In this document: positions 1 through 11,933 of the stretch, piece after piece
How the letters are laid out: the number at the start of each line of letters is the position of its first letter
Numbering within the stretch: the stretch's first letter is position 1
Source: an uncultured Heliomicrobium sp.
Lineage (GTDB): Bacteria > Acidobacteriota > Blastocatellia > RBC074
DNA: 64,000 nt
Direction of reading: 5' to 3'
Assembly (NCBI GenBank): GCA_964603695.1
Contig: CAZRXE010000825.1
Coordinates: forward strand, 30,642 to 94,641
Notes under the pieces: generated by a model
What the model saw: only the letters and a program-made list of their open reading frames with translations
Databases searched by the model: none
What the model was told of the DNA's origin: nothing
Translations under genes and position numbers: made by a program

Positions 1-46
1 GACAGGACTTGAATTCACAGGCATCACCAATACGGTCGCTTCAGGC

Positions 47-2272
47 TTGCAGAGCATCGAGCCTGAACTGGCGCTACTGCTTGATAAACTGACCGACGAC
101 AGCAACATCAACGCTGCAGTGGTTTATCATCGCGCGCCAACCACTGCCGATTTTGAAGATTTGCGCCAGATAGGAGTATTGGGCGGCACGCGCTATCGCG
201 TTTTGCCCCTGGTTTCGCTGACTGTGACTAAATCGCAGCTTCTGCGAATTTCGCGCCTGCCGGCGGTGCGCGCGATTTACAGCAACCGCACGCTGAAACT
301 GGCCGGCGAGCCGGGCAACGACTTAACCGGCTCGGCGCGCGTCAAGACGGACGCCGATTTGACGGCGCGTCATGGCGGCAAACCACTCACAGGGCGCGGC
401 GTGACGGTGGCTGTGCTTGACACAGGTGTGGACGGCACTCACGCCGATCTGGCCGGGCGCGTGGTCAAAAACGTCAAGCTGGCAGGTACGCTGGGCTTGG
501 GGGTGGGCTTCAATTACCCGCCCAGCATTGAAGGGTTGCCCAGCACTGACCTGGTTTATGGGCACGGCACGTTTGTCGCCGGCGTCATCGCGGGCAACGG
601 CGCGCGTTCCAGCGGCAAATACTCCGGCGTCGCGCCTGGAGTAAAGATCGTCGGGCTCGGCGCGGGCGATGTCACGTTGCTGTCCATTGTCGAAGGCCTT
701 GATTATTTGCTGTGGAAAGGCCCGTCGCTTGGCGTGCGCGTTCTCAACTGCAGCTTTTCCGCCAATACCGTTTACGACCCAAATGACCCGGTCAACATCG
801 GCGTCAAAATGCTGACCGAGCGCGGCGTCAATGTGGTTTTCTCGGCGGGCAATACGGGGCCGGGAATGGATACGCTCAATCCTTACGCGCTTGCGCCGTG
901 GGTGATTAGTGTTGGGGCAACAGATGAAAAGGGCCGATTGGCCGGTTTTTCTGCGCGAGGTTCATTGCCGAAGTTGAGCGGCCCGACGCTGGTTGCGCCG
1001 GGCGTCAACGTTGTCAGTTTGCGCGCCAGCGGTGTCAATGCGTCCGCTTTGCTCAATCTTGGTTTGGGCGGCGACTTGTCTCGGTTGTCGCTGCTTGAAT
1101 TGCCTTTTTACACTGTGGGCAGCGGCACGAGCTTTTCCGCGCCGCAGGTGGCCGGCGCAATTGCATTGATGCTTGAAGCCAACCCGCTGCTGATGCCTTC
1201 CCAAGTGCGCGACATCTTGCAACGTACGGCTACGCCGATGCCGCCTTATCTGCGGTACGAAGTCGGCGCGGGAATGCTTAATGCGCACGCCGCGACGTTG
1301 GAAGCAGCCTTTCCGCAACGCCGTATGGGAATGTTTCGGGCAACGCTTGACCGTGGGCAAGTGCGCTTCGTCAATGATTCGCCAAAGGTGTTTTCAGGAA
1401 TCGTCGCGCCGAGTACTGCTTATGCCGCCAACTTGACGATGCCTCGCAACGTCTTGCTGGCTTCGGTGCAAATCGCCTGGGGACCGCCGCTTTCCAGCAA
1501 CGATCTGGCTTTGCGTTTAACTGATCCGCTTGGCGCAGCGCGCCCTGAAGCGAACACGCTCAATCTGCTGGGATTGACCGGACAACGCGAGCGCGACGTG
1601 CTCAATTTGCCAGCGGACGGAATCTGGCGTGTTCAGGTGAGAAATACCCTGGGCCTTCTCGGCACCTCGCAGCCTTTCACCGGCGCGCTTGAAGTGACAC
1701 GGGCGGAGTATGCTGCGCTGACGGACTTGTCTGAATTGAGTGCGACGGCGCAGTCAGAGGTTTATCAGAACCTGCGCTCGTTTGTGATGCAGGCGTTCGG
1801 CAATCGTTTTCGCCCGCAATTTTCAGTTTCGCGACTAGACCTGGCTTTAGTCTTGGTGCTTGGCGGACGCATTCCGCAGTACCTGCCAAGCCAGCCGCGC
1901 TTCTCAGATGCGCGCGATCAGGCGACGATGTTGATGGTTGAGAGCGTGCAAGCTGCGCCCGATGGCGCGCTGTTCACGGACGCAGTGCCGGGAGGACGAT
2001 TCCGTCCTGACGATTCTGCCACGCGGCTGACGGCGGCAATGGCGCTGGTTCGCGCTGCGGGGTTGCGGGCAGAAGCCGAATCAAAAGCCGGCATTTCGCT
2101 TTCGGTGGGCGATGCGTCGGCCATTCCTTCCGGCTTGCGAGGCTATGTCTGGGTTGCCCTCAATCGTGGTTTGATGACGGCAGACGGCGGCTCTTTCCGT
2201 CCCAATGACGCATTGACGCGAATCGAACTTGCTCACGCAATGGTCGCCCTGGCCAGACTTGCCACGCTCTAA
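47..2272 (+). CDS. Subtilisin-like S8 serine peptidase with C-terminal SLH cell-surface anchoring domains. The 5' end is probably truncated or uses a TTG start.
   Basis: Catalytic triad motifs 'VAVLDTGVD', 'GHGTFVAGVIAG', 'GTSFSAPQVAGAIALM'. C-terminal SLH-like repeats ('FRPDDSATRLTAAMALV', 'FRPNDALTRIELAHAMV'). The reading frame is open back to position 2. Confidence 0.85.
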   Translation: MQSIEPELALLLDKLTDDSNINAAVVYHRAPTTADFEDLRQIGVLGGTRYRVLPLVSLTVTKSQLLRISRLPAVRAIYSNRTLKLAGEPGNDLTGSARVKTDADLTARHGGKPLTGRGVTVAVLDTGVDGTHADLAGRVVKNVKLAGTLGLGVGFNYPPSIEGLPSTDLVYGHGTFVAGVIAGNGARSSGKYSGVAPGVKIVGLGAGDVTLLSIVEGLDYLLWKGPSLGVRVLNCSFSANTVYDPNDPVNIGVKMLTERGVNVVFSAGNTGPGMDTLNPYALAPWVISVGATDEKGRLAGFSARGSLPKLSGPTLVAPGVNVVSLRASGVNASALLNLGLGGDLSRLSLLELPFYTVGSGTSFSAPQVAGAIALMLEANPLLMPSQVRDILQRTATPMPPYLRYEVGAGMLNAHAATLEAAFPQRRMGMFRATLDRGQVRFVNDSPKVFSGIVAPSTAYAANLTMPRNVLLASVQIAWGPPLSSNDLALRLTDPLGAARPEANTLNLLGLTGQRERDVLNLPADGIWRVQVRNTLGLLGTSQPFTGALEVTRAEYAALTDLSELSATAQSEVYQNLRSFVMQAFGNRFRPQFSVSRLDLALVLVLGGRIPQYLPSQPRFSDARDQATMLMVESVQAAPDGALFTDAVPGGRFRPDDSATRLTAAMALVRAAGLRAEAESKAGISLSVGDASAIPSGLRGYVWVALNRGLMTADGGSFRPNDALTRIELAHAMVALARLATL

Positions 2273-2301
2273 AACCGCGAGCACGGACATCTTGCTTGTG
2301 G

Positions 2302-4071
2302 TTAGGGCTTGCGCACGAATAAGTCTTCCGCGTTCCACAGCGCGTAAGGCAACAGCGCGCTCGGATTGTAATTTCCGACGCGCTGATTGGCCGCCGCAGT
2401 GGTGTGACGGGCAACAATCGGGATGATCGGCAACTGTTCCGCGAGGATTCGTTGAATTTCAAAAAACGCTGCGCGGCGACGTTCGGCATCGGTTTCGCGA
2501 GCTTGCGCTGCCAGCAATTCGTCAATCCTTGCTTCCCATTCGGTGGCAGGCCGCGTTTGTTTCGGATGCCATTGATGCGTTGGGCTGCTGCTGCGCAGAA
2601 AATTGGCGTAAGCAGAAGGGTCTGGTTCGCTGACTGAAGCGCCGAGCAGCGCCGCGTCATAATCGAAGCTCTGGCTGATTCGCCGATTGAATTCGCCGAA
2701 CTCAATCGGCGCGACGTTTAATTTGATTCCCAACCGCGCCAGGTCTTCCTGTATAACGGTCGCCATTTGAATGCGCGCCTGACTTTCGGCGGGAACGATC
2801 AAGGTGAACTCCACACGGTTTCCGCCGGCGTCGTATAACTCCGGTTGGGCCGTTTGGCCGCGCGTGACAACGCCCACTTCGCGCAACAGCGATTGAGCCT
2901 TGTTGAGGTCATACGGCGTGCGCGGCAAATCCGGGGCGAGCCAGGCGCGATTTCCAGGTGAAACAAATCCGACAAGAGGCGTGGCCAATCCTTGCAAAGT
3001 GGCGGCAGCCAGGGTTTCGCGATCAATAGCGTAGGAAATCGCCCGGCGAAATCGAACATTGGCAAACCAGGCTTGCTTGATTGGAAGCGTGCCTTTCCCG
3101 TTGAGATTGAACCACAGGTGATCCGTATTCAGCCCCGGACCTAAATCGTAAGCGCGCGCCGTCTGCGTTGAAGCGCGCAAGGCTGCGTAATCAGTGGTTC
3201 GCAGGCGATCCAGCAAATCCAGCGATCCTCCGCGCAACTGTGTCATGGCATTGTTCGCGTCACTGATAACTTCAACCACCAATTGATCCAGGTAGGGCAG
3301 GGAAGCGCCGGCCTGATCTTTTTTCCAGTAATGAGGATTTCGTTTGAGCGTGATGCGCTCGCCCGGCACGGCAGAGTCAGCGGCAAAGGCTCCCGCAGTG
3401 ACGATCTGCGCCGGATTGACGCTCAAGCCGTAAGCTTCGCGAAGCGCGCCGCGATCCAGTTTTGCTTCCAGAAGATGGCGCGGCAGAATCGCCAGATTGG
3501 AAAGGTAATTTTCCGGCGTGACCACAAGTTCAGGAAACACCCACTTCAAATGGCGCGCATCTTTGATGATCACTTCGATCTGCCGCCCGCCAATCATCAT
3601 GGCATCGCGGAAAATAGGCGATGCCGTGCGTTCGTCATAAATCGCGCGCAGCGTGAACTGAAGGTCTTGTGCCGTGATGGGCTGGCCGTCCGAAAATTTG
3701 ATGCCTTCGCGCAAGACAATTTCCAGCGTGCGTCCGTCTTCGCCTCGTTGCCAGGATTCGGCCAAACCCGACACATAACGTTGCGCATTGTGATCGAACT
3801 CGACGAGTCGCCCGCCTATCAGATAAAAAGAGACAATCAATGAAGCTTCGTCCGCAGCGATCAGGTAATTCCAGGTTTGCGGCGGTGACGCGACTCGATA
3901 AGTGAGCGCGCCGCCGGTCTGGCCGGCTGTTCGTTGATGCTGTCTTCCCGGTTCAGGCGTTGTCGCCGGTTGTTGTGTCGTGCGACAAGCCGCGGTCAGC
4001 CAAACAACGGCAAAGACCGCGATTAGGAAGAATCTCCCGGAAAATGTTGGTCTTCTCATTTGGTTTTTCAT
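2302..4071 (-). CDS. ABC transporter substrate-binding protein, family 5 (DppA/OppA-like, peptide/nickel). Probably a lipoprotein.
   Basis: 595-aa ORF with SBP_bac_5-like length and composition. N-terminal signal with 'LTAAC' lipobox. The ATG at 4071 is preferred over the TTG at 4089. It sits divergent to the Dpp/Opp-like permeases. Confidence 0.8.
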   Translation of the reverse strand: MKNQMRRPTFSGRFFLIAVFAVVWLTAACRTTQQPATTPEPGRQHQRTAGQTGGALTYRVASPPQTWNYLIAADEASLIVSFYLIGGRLVEFDHNAQRYVSGLAESWQRGEDGRTLEIVLREGIKFSDGQPITAQDLQFTLRAIYDERTASPIFRDAMMIGGRQIEVIIKDARHLKWVFPELVVTPENYLSNLAILPRHLLEAKLDRGALREAYGLSVNPAQIVTAGAFAADSAVPGERITLKRNPHYWKKDQAGASLPYLDQLVVEVISDANNAMTQLRGGSLDLLDRLRTTDYAALRASTQTARAYDLGPGLNTDHLWFNLNGKGTLPIKQAWFANVRFRRAISYAIDRETLAAATLQGLATPLVGFVSPGNRAWLAPDLPRTPYDLNKAQSLLREVGVVTRGQTAQPELYDAGGNRVEFTLIVPAESQARIQMATVIQEDLARLGIKLNVAPIEFGEFNRRISQSFDYDAALLGASVSEPDPSAYANFLRSSSPTHQWHPKQTRPATEWEARIDELLAAQARETDAERRRAAFFEIQRILAEQLPIIPIVARHTTAAANQRVGNYNPSALLPYALWNAEDLFVRKP

Positions 4072-4127
4072 GATAAGCAATAGACGCAAGTTCGATTTGC
4101 GCCGAAGACTATCACTGTTGTGCAGCT

Positions 4128-5051
4128 ATGCTGAAGCTGATTTTTTCAAGATTCTTGCAGGGAATTTTCGTGTTGCTGGCCATCTCGCTGCTGGTGTTTG
4201 TGCTGCTGGCGATGGCGGGAGGCGACGCGCTCAGCGCCTTGCGAGACAATCCGCAGATTTCGGCGGAAACGCTTGCCCGACTGGAGCGCGTTTATGGGCT
4301 GGATCGTCCGTTACCGGTTCGTTATGCAAGCTGGCTGGCTGATTTATTGCGCGGCAATCTGGGGCAATCCATTTATTTTCAAACGCCGGTTTGGAGCATC
4401 ATCTGGCCGAGACTTTTGCGAACGGCTGCGCTGGCGTTGTTGGCGCTGACGTTTGCCTGGACGGTTGCGCTCACATTGGGTCTGGCTGCTGCGCAACGAC
4501 GCGGGGACTGGATGGATCGCCTGTGCAATTGGGTCATTATGGCTGGGTCTTCCACGCCGCGTCTGGTGTTGGCTTTGTTGGCGCTGGCGTTGCTTTCCCG
4601 TGTTTCCTGGGTTCAGTCGCACCATTTCAGCGATGGGAATTGGGTTTTGCGCCTCCTGCCGCCTGCATTCATTCTTTCGGTGCCACTGATGGCATTGTTT
4701 CTGGCGCAAACACGTACAGCTATCATCACGGCACTCAACAAGGAGTTTGTCCGAACGGCGAGGGCCAAAGGATTGCCTGAACGCTCACTGCTGTGGCGGC
4801 ATGTGCTGCGTCCGGCACTCAATCCGCTGATTACTCTCTTCGGTTATTCGTTGGGCGGATTGTTGAGCGGTTCGGTGATTGTCGAAAAAGTGATGAATTG
4901 GCCCGGCCTGGGTCAGTTGAGCGCCACCGCCGTGCAGAGCCGCGATTTGCCGCTGTTGATGGGCGTTGTGTTGGTGGCGTCTGCGGCAACGCTGACCGGG
5001 AACCTGCTGGCGGATGTCTTGCTGCGATTGAACGATCCGCGATTGCGTTGA
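4128..5051 (+). CDS. ABC transporter permease, DppB/OppB-like (BPD_transp_1).
   Basis: 307 aa, six predicted TM helices, typical N-terminal 'MLKLIFSRFLQGIFVLLAISLLVF' and the EAA-loop region of Dpp/Opp permeases. Confidence 0.85.
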   Translation: MLKLIFSRFLQGIFVLLAISLLVFVLLAMAGGDALSALRDNPQISAETLARLERVYGLDRPLPVRYASWLADLLRGNLGQSIYFQTPVWSIIWPRLLRTAALALLALTFAWTVALTLGLAAAQRRGDWMDRLCNWVIMAGSSTPRLVLALLALALLSRVSWVQSHHFSDGNWVLRLLPPAFILSVPLMALFLAQTRTAIITALNKEFVRTARAKGLPERSLLWRHVLRPALNPLITLFGYSLGGLLSGSVIVEKVMNWPGLGQLSATAVQSRDLPLLMGVVLVASAATLTGNLLADVLLRLNDPRLR

Positions 5052-5065
5052 GTCTTGACCATCTC

Positions 5066-6136
5066 ATGAACTGGCCAAACCGACAACTTGTGACTGGCGC
5101 TATGATTGTCTGCGGCTTTTACCTGATGGCGCTTTTCAGCGATGTGCTTGCGCCTTATGACTATCGCACTCAATCGCGCCGCGAGCCGTTGATGCCGCCG
5201 TCGCCTCTTCATTTTCGTGACGTGCAGGGCCGATGGTGCCTGCGGCCATTCATTTACGCGCGGCAGTTGGTTGATGCCTTGGCGCGCCGTTACGAGGAAA
5301 ACACCGAACGCGCTTATCCGATTTCGTTTTTCACGCGTGGCGATTCCTACCGATTTCTGGGAATTTTCGAGACGAATCTGCATTTGTTCGGGATTGAGGG
5401 CGAAAGCAACAAAGACGTGCCGCGCATCTATCTGCTGGGCGCGGACGAATTGGGGCGCGACCGCTTCTCCCGATTGCTCGCCGCTACGCACTTTTCGTTG
5501 CTGGTCGGACCGCTTGGATCTGCATTGGCCAGTGTGCTTGGCGTATTGATCGGCTTGGCAGCAGGCTTTTCGGGAAGATGGATTGACGCGATATTGATGC
5601 GAGCCGCGGATGTGATGATGGCGCTTCCGACGCTTGCCTTGATCCTGGCGGCGCGCGCGACGTTCCCGCTCGAACTGCCTCCGGCACGCGCGGCGACTTT
5701 GTTGATCAGTCTGTTCATTGCGCTGGGCTGGGCGGAAATGGCACGTCTGGCGCGCGGCTTGACGCTGGAATTGCGACAGCGCGAATTTTCGTTGGCGGCC
5801 GTCAGCCTGGGCTGTTCTCCTGTACGTCTGCTGTTTCGGCACATTCTGCCGAACGCTGCGCCTGCGCTTTTAACACAGGCCTTTTTGCTGCTCCCGGCCT
5901 TTCTGTTGGCCGAAACCTCGCTTTCTTTTCTCGGTGTCGGTTTGCAAGAGCCAGAGGCAAGCTGGGGTAGTTTGTTGACGGCGGTGGCGGACATCAATTT
6001 ACTTGAGCGCAAAGATGCCTGGGCAATGCTCACTCCAGCCTTTGCCATGACGCTTTTCGCGTTGGGCGTGCGACTGCTCGGCGATGGCTTCACAAATCTG
6101 CGCCGAACAGCGGCACCAGGGCAAAAGCTCCGGTAA
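5066..6136 (+). CDS. ABC transporter permease, DppC/OppC-like.
   Basis: Membrane protein with OppC-like N-terminus 'MNWPNRQLVTGAMIVCGFYLMALFSDVLAPYDY'. The ATG at 5066 is chosen 15 nt after the upstream stop. The ORF-track start at 4793 would overlap the previous gene. Confidence 0.8.
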   Translation: MNWPNRQLVTGAMIVCGFYLMALFSDVLAPYDYRTQSRREPLMPPSPLHFRDVQGRWCLRPFIYARQLVDALARRYEENTERAYPISFFTRGDSYRFLGIFETNLHLFGIEGESNKDVPRIYLLGADELGRDRFSRLLAATHFSLLVGPLGSALASVLGVLIGLAAGFSGRWIDAILMRAADVMMALPTLALILAARATFPLELPPARAATLLISLFIALGWAEMARLARGLTLELRQREFSLAAVSLGCSPVRLLFRHILPNAAPALLTQAFLLLPAFLLAETSLSFLGVGLQEPEASWGSLLTAVADINLLERKDAWAMLTPAFAMTLFALGVRLLGDGFTNLRRTAAPGQKLR

Positions 6137-6526
6137 GCATTGGGAGAACGTGGAAGATTGGAAGGGATTGGCTTGAGAGCGGACGTCTTCAGTTCTTACC
6201 TGACTGGCGGCGTCAATCGGTTCGGCCGATCTGGCGAACTGCCCTAGGATTCGCCGCCATGGCCAAGCAGGGTGACATTTCCAAAACTGACCCTTCCGGC
6301 TGATTGAGCGCGTCAAACACTCCGATATGGTGCCGCGCGGAGACTGCCGTTGAATAGTGGCCACTTCGCGCCGGAGGCCTTGGCTGTCGCGCCGCCGTCG
6401 CCTACATACAAAATGCTGGGGGTCGTTTGGATTGATCAAAATCAAGCGCAGTTGGCGGCCTTGGCCGGCCAGCGGCTTGCAAGCTTTTCGGGAAAAGCCA
6501 CGGGGGCCACCTCGAAAGGCGGCAAG

Positions 6527-6741
6527 ATGTCAGAAGAGGCGAAAGCGAAAATCAGTGCTGCTGCCATAAAGTCAGGAAGGCTAAGACAGAGGCGGCCAAA
6601 ACCCTTTCCGCAGTCAAGAAGATGCCAGCCAAGAAAACCGCCGTGAAAGCTCAGCCGGTGTCAAAGGAGGCTAAGAAAGTCCCATCGAAAAAGGCCCGGC
6701 ACACGCCAGTGTCTCCAACGATTGAAGCCGCATCGGAGTAG
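6527..6741 (+). pseudogene. Small Lys/Ala-rich basic protein (histone-H1-like tail composition), apparently split by a single-nucleotide frameshift.
   Basis: Frame-2 'MSEEAKAKISAAAIKSG..' stops at 6646. Frame-1 continues with the same composition, 'KAKTEAAKTLSAVKKMPAKKTAVKAQPVSKEAKKVPSKKA..', to the TAG at 6739-6741. Confidence 0.25.
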
Positions 6742-6755
6742 GTCAAGCGTTGAAT

Positions 6756-6775
6756 CAAAGGCGGGAGGGGCCTTT

Positions 6776-6777
<2 letters not shown>
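6756..6777. terminator. Candidate bidirectional intrinsic terminator between two convergent genes.
   Basis: 'AAAGGCGGGAGGGGCCTTTTT' forms a short GC stem with a T-run. It overlaps the stop codon of the minus-strand kinase gene. Confidence 0.35.
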
Positions 6778-9769
<2,992 letters not shown>

Positions 9770-9778
9770 TCCGATTCC

Positions 9779-10336
9779 TCACTTGGCTGAAGAGGGTTGA
9801 TGTTTGATGGAGAAAAGTACGCCGGCACCGCGCGCGTCGGAAATGTACTGGCGATTGATGCTCAGGGTTTCTCTGAAATGTTCTCCGCAGCCTTGAATCA
9901 GGCCTTCAGCCAAATCCGCCATCCCTCGATTGGAATGGTAAAGCATCGTCAACTCATCCGCCGCCGGTCGCGAACATTCAAACGATGGCAGTTCCGCATC
10001 CGGATAAAGTTTGCGCACCTCCACGTGAATGTGGCTGTCTATTTTTTCCAGAAACGAAAATGCAGAGTCCTTCCCTTCGAACATTTCCGGGTAGCGAATG
10101 ACGAATCGTTTGAACAGATGCCGACCAAAGGCTTTCAACAAATCCTCCAACGGCATGCCCGTCAAGTGATGCAGTTGCTGCACCAACTGCACAATTTCCT
10201 GGTGATCGTAGGTTCCCACCGCCGTGTACGCTCCGCCGGAAGGCAGGTCACAAGCTGTAATCATTTGATCGGTGATTTCCAAACCAAAGGTCTTTTCGAC
10301 CATATCCAAGTACTCCGTAAACACCATGCCTTTCAT
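9779..10336 (-). CDS. hnoX: H-NOX (heme-nitric oxide/oxygen binding) sensor protein, Shewanella/Vibrio HnoX type.
   Basis: N-terminus 'MKGMVFTEYLDMVEKTFG' parallels 'MKGIIFNVLEDMVVAQCG' of Shewanella HnoX. Proximal His in 'IDSHIHVEVRKLY'. Y-x-S-x-R heme-propionate motif 'YHSNR'. Its stop lies 6 nt before the kinase start. Confidence 0.85.
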   Translation of the reverse strand: MKGMVFTEYLDMVEKTFGLEITDQMITACDLPSGGAYTAVGTYDHQEIVQLVQQLHHLTGMPLEDLLKAFGRHLFKRFVIRYPEMFEGKDSAFSFLEKIDSHIHVEVRKLYPDAELPSFECSRPAADELTMLYHSNRGMADLAEGLIQGCGEHFRETLSINRQYISDARGAGVLFSIKHQPSSAK

Positions 10337-10352
10337 TCAGATGAACTCCTAA

Positions 10353-10418
10353 TTTGTACGGTGGACTCCTTAGTCCGCCGTGAGTCTATGTACAGCGGAT
10401 CCGCCAGTTCGCTGTACA
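10353..10418. repeat. Copy A of a small palindromic repeat family (two adjacent hairpin units).
   Basis: 'TTTGTACGGTGGACTCCTTAGTCCGCCG' plus 'TGTACAGCGgatccgccagttCGCTGTACA'. Related copies occur at 21037-21073 and 42043-42080. Confidence 0.5.
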
Positions 10419-10431
10419 GTGTCGTTGTACT

Positions 10432-11922
10432 TCAGCCGTCGGATTCGTTCTGCCATTCGCGCGACCTGGCGGCGGAGGGGGTAAACAGATTGCCCAGATA
10501 TTCGAGCATCAGCTTGAAATCCTGCCAGCCGCCGGCGGTCGCGGAATAAAATGCTTCGGAAGAAAACAGTTCGTCTTCATCCGCCTGTGGGCCGTACCGC
10601 ACTTCGGCTTCAGTGACGATCCCGGCTTTGGCGCGCAGATAAAGCGCCTGCCAGTCCGAAGAAAGCTTTTTGATTTCCTCTTTCGACCGAGGCGCAACGC
10701 CGACAAATCGTAATTCGCCTCTGGCGACATTGACTATCGCCGGCAGGAACTTCAGAAAAAATACGCTCCAACGATTGGCGGATGTCGAAGCCTTCGATTG
10801 AAAACTCCAAAGCTGACAGGTCTTCCACTGCGCTTCGTGTTTAGGCGCAGGCAGCCCGACGTATGGCCGTTTGACCAGCACCGGGCCTGAACGCACGAGT
10901 TTCAAAATCAACGCCGTCAACAGCAGCAAAGGCCAGGTCAGTAACAACAACAATATTCCGGTCAGCCTTGAGCGGAATGCGCCAAGCCCCGCGCGCAGAT
11001 TGGTATCTGACAAACTGCCCAGAATGAAATCGTCGGCGACCGAAATCGCCGCGCCCAGTCGCGCATTGATAAGCAGGTTTTTGTCCACGATGACATCACG
11101 CAATTCCAGCGCTTCGCCGACATAACTGCCGGGGAAAACGACAGAGTTCGCCACCGTGCAGCGCGCGCCCAAAATGCCGTTGTGTCCGACGACGGCTCCC
11201 GGCCCCAGTTCAATACCTTCGCCGATGCGGCAGTTTTCGCCCAAAAAGACCGGCGCGGTGACGCGCGCAGTGGGATGCAACGTGACGTTGCGCGAAATCC
11301 AGATTCCCGGCTCGACTTCCTGCGCGCCGAGCGAAACGCAGGGAAACACCCTGGAAAAAACGGCAGCGTGCGCGTCCAGCAATTCCTGATACGACCGCAG
11401 CCCGACAATTCGCGGAACGGTGACGGTTTTGCCTGCGCGCAAATGCGCCAGCAACGCGGCTTCATCGAAATCTTCCCTGACCGCCGCGCAACTTTCCGGC
11501 GACAGCCACGCCCAGCCAGTCCAGGCGGCGGCGTCCGGCAGGCAATACAATGCTGCGGGCCGCGCCTGCTCCGCCTGCTCGCGCAGATTTTCCGGCAAAT
11601 GCGGAAAGCGGTCGGCGTGGCCCAACAAGATCGCTTCCCGCGCCGGCAAGGTTTTCAGCACGCCATAAGGCCGCGCGGCATCGCGCGCCAAATGAAAGCG
11701 AAACTTGCAGCCCCACCGCGCGCCATCGCCCAAAAAATGTTCCAGCTTTTCCGGCAAATGGTGCAGCACGAAATCAAATTCCGTCACGCCCCGTTCGACC
11801 AATGCTTCGATTTGCAATTGAATAAACGGCCTGTCTCCCAAGGGAAGCAACGGTACGGGATACCTTTCATTCAACTCCGGCAATTCAGCGTTCAGCCCTG
11901 TGGCAATCAAAACAGCTCGCAT
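10432..11922 (-). CDS. Three-part fusion protein: nucleotidyltransferase-like N-domain, left-handed beta-helix (hexapeptide) domain, and a C-terminal Bac_transf (polyprenyl-phosphate sugar transferase)-like domain.
   Basis: N-terminus resembles NTP_transferase ('LIATGL..PLLPLGDRPFI'). Hexapeptide run 'ISRNVTLHPTARVTAPVFLGENCRIGEGIELGPGAVVGHNGILGARCTV'. TM segment 'LLLLLTWPLLLLTALILKLVRSGPVLV' followed by 'ARGELRFVGVAPR', the analogue of 'KGDMSLVGPRP'. Confidence 0.6.
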   Translation of the reverse strand: MRAVLIATGLNAELPELNERYPVPLLPLGDRPFIQLQIEALVERGVTEFDFVLHHLPEKLEHFLGDGARWGCKFRFHLARDAARPYGVLKTLPAREAILLGHADRFPHLPENLREQAEQARPAALYCLPDAAAWTGWAWLSPESCAAVREDFDEAALLAHLRAGKTVTVPRIVGLRSYQELLDAHAAVFSRVFPCVSLGAQEVEPGIWISRNVTLHPTARVTAPVFLGENCRIGEGIELGPGAVVGHNGILGARCTVANSVVFPGSYVGEALELRDVIVDKNLLINARLGAAISVADDFILGSLSDTNLRAGLGAFRSRLTGILLLLLTWPLLLLTALILKLVRSGPVLVKRPYVGLPAPKHEAQWKTCQLWSFQSKASTSANRWSVFFLKFLPAIVNVARGELRFVGVAPRSKEEIKKLSSDWQALYLRAKAGIVTEAEVRYGPQADEDELFSSEAFYSATAGGWQDFKLMLEYLGNLFTPSAARSREWQNESDG

Positions 11923-11933
11923 AAATCTCTCAC

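Noticed and set aside
4793-5065. Upstream extension of the OppC-like gene overlapping the OppB-like gene by about 260 nt.
   Set aside because: The extension is an out-of-frame read-through of oppB. The conserved OppC N-terminus begins at the ATG at 5066.
4913-5842. 309-aa minus-strand ORF antisense to the OppC-like permease. Similar long antisense ORFs occur at 11182-11937, 15367-16287, 21111-22508, 48916-49797, 54051-54791 and 55524-56303.
   Set aside because: They are Arg/Gln/Ala-rich with no motifs, and each is fully embedded opposite a well-supported gene. These are typical spurious open frames in 65-70% GC DNA.
6137-6526. Searched for tRNA or ncRNA in the 390-bp gap after the OppC-like gene and in the other long gaps (35462-36099, 37483-37978, 41923-42240).
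   Set aside because: I could not recognise any cloverleaf-compatible tRNA structure or known riboswitch consensus by eye. Only the hairpins and palindromes reported above were seen. A covariance-model scan would be needed to be sure.
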